Positions 21,322-31,038 of a stretch of DNA of 64,000 nt are shown in pieces; position 1 is the first letter of the stretch; each line of letters starts with the position of its first letter. Origin of the DNA: Synergistales bacterium. Lineage in GTDB: Bacteria > Synergistota > Synergistia > Synergistales > JAFGMB01. The DNA lies in NCBI GenBank assembly GCA_963666205.1, contig OY762654.1, forward strand, positions 960,001-1,024,000, given 5' to 3'. Made by a program: the position numbers and the translations under genes. The notes below the pieces were generated by a model. It was given only the letters and a program-made list of their open reading frames with translations. It made no database searches and was not told the origin of the DNA.

Positions 21322-21422
21322 CTCTTATCATCCAGCTGTAAGCTGTTGGTTTTAGCACCATACCTCTAAGGCAGGTTGCTGCGGTTTCAACGGGCCAGTC
21401 CCTCCACCGCTCTGGATAAGAG
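21322..21422 (-). ncRNA. SAM-I (S-box) riboswitch
   Basis: Minus strand CTCTTATCCAGAGCGGTGGAGGGACTGGCCCGTTGAAACCGCAGCAACC...GGTGCTAA...GATAAGAG, upstream of metK. Confidence 0.97.
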
Positions 21423-21458
21423 CATCAGTTGTATTCGTTACAGAAACACCGAAGAAAG

Positions 21459-21486
21459 ATTATAATCCTCTTTCAGAATATGTCAA
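21459..21486 (-). promoter_or_regulatory. Sigma70-type promoter for the SAM riboswitch-metK unit
   Basis: TTGACA-N16-TATAAT on the minus strand. Confidence 0.8.
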
Positions 21487-21537
21487 CAGAGTTTCAGATT
21501 TTCCCATGGAACTTCTCCGCCACATTCATGGAAGGGA

Positions 21538-24117
21538 TCATTTACAGGGAGAATATCCGCAACTGAAACAATAAGCACAGCCTGATATCATTTCAAGAGG
21601 ACTACCGCATTCGGGACAGACTTTCTTGATATCGTCATGATCATCCGGAACAGCTCCGATAAGCTGTTCCAGGAGAAGGGCAAGGGCATCCGGGATGGAG
21701 CGCACCACATGCTTGTCATCGCTTTCAAACATCCAGTATTCCTTGCCTGAGATCCCCTTTAGGGTAGTTATGAAATCTTCAAGTTTACCGCCACTTCTCA
21801 GGCCGATGGAAATAACCCGGGAAAGAGCCTCTGTCATTGCCATCATTTCAGAGCCGCTCTTTCCTATGTTGGCAAAGACTTCAAAGGGTTCACTTCCATC
21901 AAAATTGAGAGTGACATAGAAACTGCCCCATGGAGTCCTTTCCTTTACTGTTTTACCGAAAACCACCAGTCCCGGCCTTTCCTTGACCTGGCTGGTATGT
22001 TCTACAGAAGTCTCGGGCTTTTTGACTTCTATGGGCTGATAGGATCTTGATCCGTCCCTGTATATGGTAATACCCTTTGCTCCAAGACGGTAACACATCT
22101 CGTAGACCTTCTGCACATCCTCCACAGTTGCCGTGCTGGGTAAATTGACCGTCTTTGATATGCCCGAATCTATAAGCTGTGAAAAGATCCCCGTCACTGT
22201 TACATGTTCCCGGGTAGATATATCATAGGCTGTCGCATAGGTGGGGTCACTGAGTTTACCGTACTTGTGAAACTCTTCTTTCTGTTTTTCATGCACCAGT
22301 TTGTGGAAAAATTCCCTCAGCTCAAAACCGTCTCCATTTGAAGCAGATATTTTTCTGGTCCACGACCAGGCAAAATTAGGCTCAATTCCGGGGCTGGAAT
22401 CCATGATCATGGAAATAGAGCCAGTGGGTGCTATACTCAGACGGCGGCTGTTCCTCATCTTGCCTCCGGCCAGATCAAGAAGGACTTCCCTGATCGTAGA
22501 AAGCCTTTCTTCCTCCCCCAAAGCGGAATTATCACATGTAAAGCCATCAAGGGTGTTGACCAGGGTGTAGGGAATGGTTTCCGAAAGACGCATTTTTTTG
22601 ATGAGGCCTTTGAAACCATCCATATCAAGACTGGATATCCAGTCCTGGGTAAGAAATTCTCCATCTCCGAATTCTTCATGGAAAAAGTGGAATAGATCCC
22701 GGACAAGATGTGCTTCAGGAAATTCTTCTTTGCCCACTTCTGTAACAAGTTTCTGAGAAGCGAGAAGGGAGGCAGATGCCATGGTATTTGCGATGGACGA
22801 ACAGAAGTCATTGAAATCATCGGAACCATAACGCATCTTCAGCAGAATAGCAGCATCTGCCAATCCCATGAGGCCAAGGCCGACAGGACGTATCTTCTTT
22901 GTACGTTCTTCGATCTTTTCAAGAGGGTAGGAACATGCATCAATGACAAGGTCAAGATAGTACATGGAGCGATATACCTGGTCAACGAAAGCTTCAAGAT
23001 CAAATAAAGGCTTTTCCGGGTCAGTATTGTCGACGAAAGATTCAAGGTTAATAGATCCGAGGTTGCAGCTGGTGTAGTTTGGAAGGGGCTGTTCACCGCA
23101 TGGATTAGTCGATTCGATCTTCCACTGTTCATCCATTTTAAGTATGTTGTCAGCATTAGCCCTATCAATGAAGAATACTCCAGGGTCACCCCTGAGCCAG
23201 GCACTTCTGCAGAGTTTATCCCAAAGATCCCGGGCCTTGACTGTTCTTACCGGCTTGCCGTCATAAAGGGAAATAAGGGGGAAGTCTTTGTTCTTCTCAG
23301 TAGCTTCGAGCAGATCATCGGAAACACAGACGGATATATTGAAGTAGGAAAGTTTACCATCTTCGACCTTAGCATCGATGAATTCTTCGATGTCAGGATG
23401 GTTGTCAAAGAGCATACCCATGAGGGCCGCTCTTCGCCTTCCCCCCTGCACAACCACGGAACCCATGGTATTCCATGTTTCCATGAAGGAGACCGGCCCA
23501 CTCGCCTGGCCACCTGTTCCGTGATCAATATCAGCACCCTTTTCCCGCAGCTTGCCGAAATTTCCGCCTACTCCCCCACCGAACTTGCTGATGGTGGCGG
23601 CGTCCTTAACTGAATCAAAGATACCCTCGATACTATCCGGTACATCTATGACAAAGCATGCAAAAAGCTGCTGGTTGGGACTTTTCGAGGAGATAAGGGT
23701 CCTGTACTCCTCAAAAGACATCTCTTCCGGAGACTTGTATATTATCTCTGCAAGCTCAGGTTGAACAGTCATACCAGCACCTGATCCGAAAAGACATGGT
23801 GAATTGAAAAGAAAACGGCGGTTCAGAATATCGTTGAAAATGTTCTTTTCAAGGGTGACTATCCAGGATAGGGAAACGGTATCCTCCGGATCAAGATAAA
23901 GGCTCTCTGCACTGGCTATTATTCTTGATACACGCCTTGCGAATTCCTCAAAACTCTTTTCTTTCCTCGTCCCGGCAGACTCACTGTCAAAACGGTCAAG
24001 AAAATAACGCTGGGAAAGAAGCCACATTGCATTTTCTGATAACCTCTGAGCAGAAGGGTTTTCCAGGGCATTGATATCAAGACTGCTGCAGAAACGTTCT
24101 CTGTATGTTTTTTTCAT
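21538..24117 (-). CDS. nrdJ: Class II (B12-dependent) ribonucleotide reductase with C-terminal TSCPD and Zn-ribbon domains
   Basis: ACFV, QGGRRRAA, TNPCGEQ, CNLGS, IAPTG, SKTVN and YRDGSR motifs; C-terminal CPEC...CFSCGYSPC. Confidence 0.95.
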   Translation of the reverse strand: MKKTYRERFCSSLDINALENPSAQRLSENAMWLLSQRYFLDRFDSESAGTRKEKSFEEFARRVSRIIASAESLYLDPEDTVSLSWIVTLEKNIFNDILNRRFLFNSPCLFGSGAGMTVQPELAEIIYKSPEEMSFEEYRTLISSKSPNQQLFACFVIDVPDSIEGIFDSVKDAATISKFGGGVGGNFGKLREKGADIDHGTGGQASGPVSFMETWNTMGSVVVQGGRRRAALMGMLFDNHPDIEEFIDAKVEDGKLSYFNISVCVSDDLLEATEKNKDFPLISLYDGKPVRTVKARDLWDKLCRSAWLRGDPGVFFIDRANADNILKMDEQWKIESTNPCGEQPLPNYTSCNLGSINLESFVDNTDPEKPLFDLEAFVDQVYRSMYYLDLVIDACSYPLEKIEERTKKIRPVGLGLMGLADAAILLKMRYGSDDFNDFCSSIANTMASASLLASQKLVTEVGKEEFPEAHLVRDLFHFFHEEFGDGEFLTQDWISSLDMDGFKGLIKKMRLSETIPYTLVNTLDGFTCDNSALGEEERLSTIREVLLDLAGGKMRNSRRLSIAPTGSISMIMDSSPGIEPNFAWSWTRKISASNGDGFELREFFHKLVHEKQKEEFHKYGKLSDPTYATAYDISTREHVTVTGIFSQLIDSGISKTVNLPSTATVEDVQKVYEMCYRLGAKGITIYRDGSRSYQPIEVKKPETSVEHTSQVKERPGLVVFGKTVKERTPWGSFYVTLNFDGSEPFEVFANIGKSGSEMMAMTEALSRVISIGLRSGGKLEDFITTLKGISGKEYWMFESDDKHVVRSIPDALALLLEQLIGAVPDDHDDIKKVCPECGSPLEMISGCAYCFSCGYSPCK

Positions 24118-24223
24118 CGACGGTTGCGCCCTCCTCTGTTAAAATACAGATCCCTGAAACAAAATACAGATATCCACACCTCTGAAGGTTAAGCACGGGA
24201 TATCTGCGAAGTAAAATAATATT

Positions 24224-24269
24224 ACACAACATATAGCGTTTAACATACAAAGAGTACCACAAATAGTGT
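24224..24269. promoter_or_regulatory. Tandem NrdR boxes upstream of nrdJ
   Basis: ACACAACATATAGCGT (24224-24239) and ACACTATTTGTGGTAC (minus strand, 24254-24269) match acaCwAtATaTwGtgt. Confidence 0.85.
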
Positions 24270-24398
24270 TAATTAGGCAAGAAAAAAATATGGAATTTGC
24301 AGATCCACAGATTTCCAGGCTGGAAATGTATTCCTTTTCAGTCCTGGTCTTTTCAAAAGAATGGTGACTGAACTATTCAGACTAAGAGGAAAAAAGTA

Positions 24399-24427
24399 TT
24401 TACAAAGAGATGTCACTTTGATAAAAT
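24399..24427 (+). promoter_or_regulatory. Promoter for the fluoride riboswitch-crcB unit
   Basis: TTTACA-N17-TAAAAT with TGn extension. Confidence 0.6.
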
Positions 24428-24451
24428 CTGCGCTGCATTTAACGTAAGAAC

Positions 24452-24505
24452 AGGCGATGGCGTTCGCCTTGAACCGCTGCACTAAAGGAGCTTATGACGC
24501 CTTTC
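24452..24505 (+). ncRNA. Fluoride riboswitch (crcB motif)
   Basis: GGCGATGGCGTTCGCC...AACCGC...GCTTATGACGCCT; GGCGT/ACGCC pseudoknot pairing; upstream of crcB. Confidence 0.95.
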
Positions 24506-24585
24506 CATATTCATACAAAGCCCCCGGGTGCAGTTTTTTTGTGCACTTGAACTGACAGGGGAAGTTCACAGGAGGTCACCGCCAT

Positions 24586-24960
24586 ATGAAAACAATATTA
24601 TTACTTGTTATAGCGGGTGGGCTTGGAGCATTAAGCCGCTATGCTCTCTCCTCCTGGATACATGGACAGACCGGTAATGGATTCCCATGGGGAACCATGG
24701 CAGTGAACGTTCTGGGCTGTCTCCTTTTCGGTCTGCTGTGGACCCTTGCGGAAGAAAGATTCATTGTACCAAGATCGGTGAGTTTCATAATTCTGACAGG
24801 TTTTGTAGGTTCATTCACCACTTTTTCCACCATGACATTTGAAACTCTGAACCTGATAAAGACGTCAAGCTGGCTTTCTGCCATTCTTTATATGGGAGTT
24901 GGGCAGATCCTCGGAATTATTGCTGCCATGGCAGGCATTGGGGTTGCTAAAACCATCTGA
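24586..24960 (+). CDS. crcB: Fluoride efflux channel Fluc/CrcB
   Basis: GGLGALSRY, FPWGTMAVN and GFVGSFTTFST motifs. Confidence 0.96.
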   Translation: MKTILLLVIAGGLGALSRYALSSWIHGQTGNGFPWGTMAVNVLGCLLFGLLWTLAEERFIVPRSVSFIILTGFVGSFTTFSTMTFETLNLIKTSSWLSAILYMGVGQILGIIAAMAGIGVAKTI

Positions 24961-24962
24961 CA

Positions 24963-24998
24963 GAAAAAGCCGGCATTCTGAGAATGCCGGCTTTTCTT
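24963..24998. terminator. Bidirectional terminator between crcB and the AOR gene
   Basis: AAAAGCCGGCATTCT-G-AGAATGCCGGCTTTT. Confidence 0.85.
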
Positions 24999-25002
24999 TA
25001 CT

Positions 25003-26865
25003 TTAGATCTTATCGTTATTCAGACCCAGCTCTATCATCTTTGTTCGGGATGGGATACCATCCTCGTCCCAACCCAGCAATCTGTAATAGAGTTCCCTCG
25101 CCTTCCAGAAATCACCTTCAGGTACGCTCTTTCCCTTCAGCGGACCTTCCGGGATCGGTTCGAAGAGCCTGGCCGGCAGGATGTCATCCTTCTCGCTCAG
25201 ACCCAGCCTGAGATTCACCAGCCGGGCAGCGGTCAGACCCCTTTCAGCCATCTTCATAAGTTCCCAGAGTGATGTTTTCCACCCGAGAGCTGATTCCATA
25301 AGCGAAGGGATCAGGGTATGGGGGAAATAACCCCTTGAAGCAAACACGAAGAAACACATCCCCAGGTGGTTCATCATGCTCCAGCTGAGCCAGAGATAGG
25401 TAACGGCAAGGGTCTTTTTCTCGTCAAGGCTGAGAGGAGAGAGAGCTTCATTAACTCCAAGACATTTAACCGCTTCCATCGGAATGGATCCCTCTTTAGA
25501 AAAAAGAGGGTCATGGGGAAACTGCATATGATCTGCTCCAGCCGGTGCCAGGGCATAGGCCAGGGCAAGCCCGTATTTCCCCCTGGGATCATGAAGGGGG
25601 AGTTCCTGTCCTTTTACATGGAGGGCAAAGCGGTCACTTTCCTTGCCAACCCTTTCGGAAGCCCTCTTAACACCCTCTGCAAGGAGATTCCCGAGCCCTT
25701 CCCGCCGTGATATTTTCTCTATTAGAGGAAGAAGGCCTTCCTCATCTCCAAAACCCTTTATTTCAGCCTCTTCAGGAGACATGATGCCTTCCTCCACACA
25801 TTCCATAAGCCATGCAACGGTCGCCCCGGTGGAAATGGTATCCAGTCCGAAGCGGTTACAGAGTTCATGGGCCTTTGATATGGTTTCCAGGTCATCTATT
25901 CCGCAGAGGGGTCCAAAAGCACCTATTGTCTCGTACTCAGGACCGCCATAGGCGGGGTCCACATTATGCTTTCCACCCTCGACCACCCTTTTACATCTGA
26001 CGGCACAACTGAAACAGGCATAACGGTCTATGAGCATATTTTCATTCATATACCTGCCGCCAATCTTTGAGGCCCCTTCGAAAACTCCTTCCCTGAAGTT
26101 TCTTGTAGGAAGCATTCCGGAATCGTTATTACCCTCGACGGTTGCCGTGGTTCCGAATTCCCTCAGTCCCCAGTAAAAGGGTATTTCCTTCCATCCGATG
26201 TATGCCTCATGCATTTTTTTGAGCAATTCCCTGTCCCAGGGTTCCTGCACCTTTGGATAGGGACATACTACAGCTTTGATCTTTTTTGAACCCATGACGG
26301 CACCCATGCCGGTTCTGCCGTTAGCGTGATGAAGATCATTGAGGATACAGGCATAACGGACAAGATTCTCTCCCCCTGGCCCTATCATTATCGCCGTGAT
26401 CTTACCATGCTCCTTCTTCAGTTCATCCATGGCCGGACCAGTCTCAAGTCCCCATAGATGACTGGCATCCCTGATCTCGACATTTCCATCTTCCACCCAG
26501 ATATATACCGGTTTTTCAGCCTGTCCTTCCATTACAATTGCTTCTATTCCCTGACCCTTCATACCTGGTCCGAAGAATCCTCCTGCCTCTGATTCACCAT
26601 AGGCACCTGTGAGAGGACTTCTGGCATACACTCCGTAACGGCTCAACCCATGAAAGGCAAGCCCGTTCAGAAGTCCGCAGGCTATGATCAGTGGATTGTC
26701 CGGTCCCAGGGGGTCAGTCTCCGGAGCAAGTTTATCCATGAGGACGGGCAGGGCAAGGCCCCTCATACCTCCCCATTTCCGGGCGTAGCTTTCGGGAAGA
26801 TCTTCATTCCTGATATCACCGCTGGAAAGATCTACCCAGGTTCGTCTTCCCTTCCATAAAGTCAT
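25003..26865 (-). CDS. Tungsten aldehyde:ferredoxin oxidoreductase family protein
   Basis: SPLTG, GRTGMGAVMGSK, CFSCAVRC, GPEYET, GLDTIS and HDPRG motifs. Confidence 0.93.
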   Translation of the reverse strand: MTLWKGRRTWVDLSSGDIRNEDLPESYARKWGGMRGLALPVLMDKLAPETDPLGPDNPLIIACGLLNGLAFHGLSRYGVYARSPLTGAYGESEAGGFFGPGMKGQGIEAIVMEGQAEKPVYIWVEDGNVEIRDASHLWGLETGPAMDELKKEHGKITAIMIGPGGENLVRYACILNDLHHANGRTGMGAVMGSKKIKAVVCPYPKVQEPWDRELLKKMHEAYIGWKEIPFYWGLREFGTTATVEGNNDSGMLPTRNFREGVFEGASKIGGRYMNENMLIDRYACFSCAVRCKRVVEGGKHNVDPAYGGPEYETIGAFGPLCGIDDLETISKAHELCNRFGLDTISTGATVAWLMECVEEGIMSPEEAEIKGFGDEEGLLPLIEKISRREGLGNLLAEGVKRASERVGKESDRFALHVKGQELPLHDPRGKYGLALAYALAPAGADHMQFPHDPLFSKEGSIPMEAVKCLGVNEALSPLSLDEKKTLAVTYLWLSWSMMNHLGMCFFVFASRGYFPHTLIPSLMESALGWKTSLWELMKMAERGLTAARLVNLRLGLSEKDDILPARLFEPIPEGPLKGKSVPEGDFWKARELYYRLLGWDEDGIPSRTKMIELGLNNDKI

Positions 26866-27128
26866 ATTCCATCACTCCCTGCTCAATTATTTCTCCATTA
26901 CACAGCCCTTTATATTGTACTTCAGAATTGTAAAGAGTTCTTGAGATTATTTACATACGCCTGTGAATTGTGATCATTTCGGGGTGAGGGTATTACAATT
27001 TTAAATCAGACCTGCCGGGATTTATCATTTCATATTCTTTCCTTTCAATGATAGGATAATACCTGTTACGGATATTTCTCCTTTTGCTTTAATTATTCAT
27101 GGGAAAAATGATAAGGAGTGACGGTTAT

Positions 27129-28315
27129 ATGCCCCGAAAATATGATTTCGATACAGTAATTGACAGAAGTAATACGAGCTGCGAAAAATGGGACGGAGTT
27201 GAAGAAAGATTCGGAGTACCTGATCTGCATGCAATGTGGGTGGCGGATATGGATTTCAAGGCTCCCCCTGAAGTTATAGAGATCCTTCGCCAGAGGGTCG
27301 ACCATGGAATATTCGGTTATACAGGCAGGTTCGATCCCTACTATGGATCGATCATCGACTGGATGAAGAGAAGGCATGGCTGGGAAGTCAGGAAGGAATG
27401 GCTGTGTCATTCCCCAGGCGTAGTGCCGGCCCTCTCCATGGCTTTGCTGGCCTTCTCCCAGCCCGGCGACAAGGTGATAATACAGCCTCCGGTCTATTAT
27501 CCTTTTTTCGATGTCATCGGCGGCAGAGGACGGACCATACTTGAAAATCCTCTGATCTTTGAAAATGGCCGTTTTTCCATGGACCTGGACGATCTTGAAA
27601 AAAGATCGACCCTTCTGTCAAGGTTATATTCCTCTGCAGCCCCCATAATCCCGTTGGCAGGGTCTGGACCAGGGATGAACTGGAAAGACTCGGCAGAATA
27701 TGTGTCGAGAATGATATCCTCATCATATCTGACGAGATCCATTCTGACATCGTCTTCAAAGGATCCAGACATGTACCCATTGCCAGCCTCTCTGACGAAC
27801 TTGCCAGCAGAAGCATTACATGTATTTCTCCAAGCAAGACCTTTAACATAGCAGGCCTTTCCACCTCGGTTGTGATCATTCCGGACCGCAGGGTCAGGGA
27901 AAATTACCAGAGGATCCTTGATTTCCTGCATATTGACAGCGGAAATGTTTTCGGTACCCTTGCCCTGGAAGCCTCCTACAATTACGGCGAACCATGGCTG
28001 GAAGATCTTCTCATCTACCTGGAAGAAAACCTCGATTTCATGGATGACTTCCTTAAAACGAGGGTCCCTGAAATAAGCCTTATTCGTCCGGAGGGCACCT
28101 ATATCCCCTTAATAGACTGCAGGAGCCTTTGCATGAACGGCCCTGAACTCCAGAATTTCTTTATCAATGAAGCAGGCCTGGCACTGGATGGAGGGGACTG
28201 GTTCGGTACAGGAGGAGAAGGCTTTGCCAGGATTAACATAGCCACCCCAAGGAAACTTCTTGAAGAAGGCCTGGTCAGACTGGAAAAAAGCATATCGCAT
28301 CTCAAGACAAAATAA
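27129..28315 (+). pseudogene. MalY/PatB-family PLP C-S lyase (cystathionine beta-lyase) split by a 1-nt frameshift
   Basis: MWVADMDF N-terminal half; after the A6 run at 27598-27603 the -1 frame reads KIDPSVKVIFLCSPHNPVGRVW...SDEIH...SPSKTFNIAG and joins ORF 27872-28315. Confidence 0.88.
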
Positions 28316-28320
28316 TACTG

Positions 28321-28362
28321 TAAAGGGGCGGATCCAGTCTTATGAATGGATCCGCCCCTTTA
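28321..28362. terminator. Hairpin terminator between convergent genes
   Basis: TAAAGGGGCGGATCCA / TGGATCCGCCCCTTTA. Confidence 0.75.
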
Positions 28363-28407
28363 TTCAAATAAGGATCAACCCGATTGGCGCAGGGTACATA
28401 TCTGCTT

Positions 28408-28617
28408 TCAGTCTGATTCTATCATTACGTTGGACGCCTTGATAACAGCGTTGACCTCTTTCCCTTCCACAAGACCCAGGTTCTCCGCCGAAGTCTTCGT
28501 AATGATGGACACTATTTCAACACCCTTTTCCAGCTCCACCACAACTTCAGAATTAACTGCGCCGTGAGTAACCTGTTTGACTTTGCCCTTCAGGACGTTT
28601 CTGGCTGAGATTTTCAC
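28408..28617 (-). CDS. mop: Molbindin (Mop/TOBE) molybdate/tungstate-binding protein
   Basis: MKISARNVLKG...SIIT...VIKASNV, 69 aa; GTG start after GGGAGG. Confidence 0.93.
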   Translation of the reverse strand: MKISARNVLKGKVKQVTHGAVNSEVVVELEKGVEIVSIITKTSAENLGLVEGKEVNAVIKASNVMIESD

Positions 28618-28739
28618 AGGAATCCCTCCCTTGATATCTGTTTACCAGGGTAACGATCTATTATATACCAAAGAAAGCCCTTTCCTGCATGTATTTTATC
28701 CGGTAAAGATCCTGTCAGGTTAATCCAGGGACAGAAAGC

Positions 28740-29687
28740 TCAGCTTTCCTGTAGATATCCCACAAGATAACCATCCATCATCAGATGGACAAAGTGGTAG
28801 ATAACACAGACTGCCAGAGCCATACCCAATTGAGGGAAAAGAGTTACCTGGAGAAGAATGGGAAGGGTAAGGGTCTTCTGTCCTCCCATAAAAATTATGC
28901 TCTCCATCTTCCCCCTCTTTATACCAAGAACTTTTACCAGCGAAAATGCTATTAAAAGGATAACCCCGTGAAAAGCTGCAGATAAAATAATAACCGTACC
29001 CACATGGGGAATATTATCCATGATGGCCTCTCTGGAACCGGAAAGGGCCATCCAGATAAGGCACCAGATAAGACACTGGCTTATTACAGAAAGACTTAAC
29101 GGCAGCCTTTCAATTATCCTCCTTGACGGCTTTTGAAGGGTCATACCAAGGAAAAGGGGGAAGAGCACAAGCTGTGCCATCTTCATCATTATTGCTGCTC
29201 CATCAATGGCAACGGGCTCACCTGAAAGATTCATGAGAAGGGGAAGAGTCACGGGTAATGTTACCACTACTATGGTATTGGCAATTATGGTTATGAGAAG
29301 GGCATGGGCCATATTACCCCCGGCACTTCCAGTCATTACAACTCCGCTGGTAAGGGTCGAAGGCACCACTGCAACAAGGATCAGGCCTACAGCTATCTCC
29401 AGGGGAAGAGGCAGGAACGAGAAAAACCAGGCCACTATCGGGGAAACAATGAATATCAGGGCCAGAGCCAGTAATGTACCTTTGTAATCAAGAATTCCGT
29501 CACGGATCTGACTCAGGTTGAGGGAAAAACCGGAAAAGAGGAACATTATGAAGATAACTGAATCTGCTCCCCTGTGATTTTTCAGCCACTCTCCGGATCC
29601 TGGGAAAAAGCCCGAGGGATCCATCATGGTTAAGAGGACAATAATTCCCAGCCCAACAAGAAACCAGTATTTTTTTATAACAGCCAT
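28740..29687 (-). CDS. Bile acid:sodium symporter family transporter
   Basis: PSTLTSGVVMT..AGGN and QKTL motifs; multi-TM. Confidence 0.85.
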   Translation of the reverse strand: MAVIKKYWFLVGLGIIVLLTMMDPSGFFPGSGEWLKNHRGADSVIFIMFLFSGFSLNLSQIRDGILDYKGTLLALALIFIVSPIVAWFFSFLPLPLEIAVGLILVAVVPSTLTSGVVMTGSAGGNMAHALLITIIANTIVVVTLPVTLPLLMNLSGEPVAIDGAAIMMKMAQLVLFPLFLGMTLQKPSRRIIERLPLSLSVISQCLIWCLIWMALSGSREAIMDNIPHVGTVIILSAAFHGVILLIAFSLVKVLGIKRGKMESIIFMGGQKTLTLPILLQVTLFPQLGMALAVCVIYHFVHLMMDGYLVGYLQES

Positions 29688-29832
29688 TTGCTACACCTCA
29701 AGTTCTCTGGAATTATAGTAAAGTCCGACTCCACTCATTTCTGATCCTTTAATTTCAATATCATAAAAAAGCCATATAGTGTTACAATTCTATTCAATTG
29801 TGTTACTACATCCCGGCAGAAAGGCACTGACC

Positions 29833-31029
29833 ATGACCAGAAAAGAAAAGACAAAGGGAAATTACTTCCAGATACTCCTCCTGTCACTGGGTCACCTGCT
29901 CAATGACATACACGGCAATTTCCTTCCTACCTTCCTCCCTGAGATAATAGGGAAATTGGGACTTTCCCTTACTCAGGCCGGAGTTCTTACATCTCTGCCC
30001 GGTTTGATCCATCTTTTCCTCCAGCCCATGCTCGGCTATCTCTCTGACAGCCAGTCCAGACCTTATATGATAATTTTCGGGCCCATGATAACTGCTTTCG
30101 GTGCCTCAATGCTTCCTCTTTCTCCAACCTATGGATTCTCCTTTCTCATAGTAGGGATCTGGGGCATAGGTAGCGCAATCTTTCATCCCCAGGGTCTGGG
30201 TACTGTTGGATATTTAACATCTCCTGGACATATTTCATTTAATATTTCCCTTTTCCAGGTAGGAGGGGCCTTAGGCATGACCCTCAGTTCACTTTATGCC
30301 GTATCCCTTGTCAAGACTGTAGGACTTGAATACATGCCTGTGGTATGCATGATCCCGGTAAGCATAATGGCCTTATTGTACTATTTTTACATTCCAGATA
30401 TCCATGGTGATAGAGAGAAAGGGAAATCCCGTAAAACAGGCTTTTTCAGAACTGCCATTGGAGTTTTTAAAAAAATATGGCCCGTATGGACAGTCGCCTT
30501 TACTCGAGACCTGACAACCCAGGCTATAAGGTTTCTCATTCCGGTTCTCATATCTTCCCAGGGAGGCGGGCTCGGCAGGATCGGAACCATCCTTTTCCTT
30601 CTGAACCTTTCAAGATCAATTCTCACTATGATCGTTGCAAGGATCTCAGACTCAATCGGGAAACGGCCTACACTGCTTATCACCCTGGGGGTTTCCCCTC
30701 TTCTGCTTTCTGCTTCAGTTCTCAATGAAGGGATCCTTTCCCTGGTCCTTCTGGCAGCAGGCTTTGCCCTTGTAGGGTGCAGCCTTCCAATAACTGCAGC
30801 TACAGCACAGGAACTGGCACCGGGATCAAGAAGCATGGCAAGTTCCCTTATCATGGGTCTATCCTTTGGCATAAGCGGACTTATGATGACACCGGCAGGA
30901 GCGTTGGCAGACCTGGTCGGGATAAAGACCACCATGCTCTGTGTGGTCTTCATTCCCTGGGTCTCTGTAGTAATACTCCTCAGCAGGTGGAGAGAAATAC
31001 CCCTCAATTCTGCACAGGATCAGGAATAG
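29833..31029 (+). CDS. MFS transporter (Fsr-like)
   Basis: GHLLND, QPMLGYLSD, GSAIFHP and AQELAP motifs. Confidence 0.88.
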   Translation: MTRKEKTKGNYFQILLLSLGHLLNDIHGNFLPTFLPEIIGKLGLSLTQAGVLTSLPGLIHLFLQPMLGYLSDSQSRPYMIIFGPMITAFGASMLPLSPTYGFSFLIVGIWGIGSAIFHPQGLGTVGYLTSPGHISFNISLFQVGGALGMTLSSLYAVSLVKTVGLEYMPVVCMIPVSIMALLYYFYIPDIHGDREKGKSRKTGFFRTAIGVFKKIWPVWTVAFTRDLTTQAIRFLIPVLISSQGGGLGRIGTILFLLNLSRSILTMIVARISDSIGKRPTLLITLGVSPLLLSASVLNEGILSLVLLAAGFALVGCSLPITAATAQELAPGSRSMASSLIMGLSFGISGLMMTPAGALADLVGIKTTMLCVVFIPWVSVVILLSRWREIPLNSAQDQE

Positions 31030-31038
31030 GACATACAG

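Noticed and set aside
22450-22730. Possible intein in NrdJ
   Set aside because: No terminal His-Asn, splicing blocks or endonuclease motif; too short
27597-27605. Programmed -1 frameshift at AAAAAAG
   Set aside because: The zero frame reads GAA AAA AGA, so the heptamer is not in A_AAA_AAG phase
28650-28672. ModE box upstream of mop
   Set aside because: Only a partial half-site resemblance
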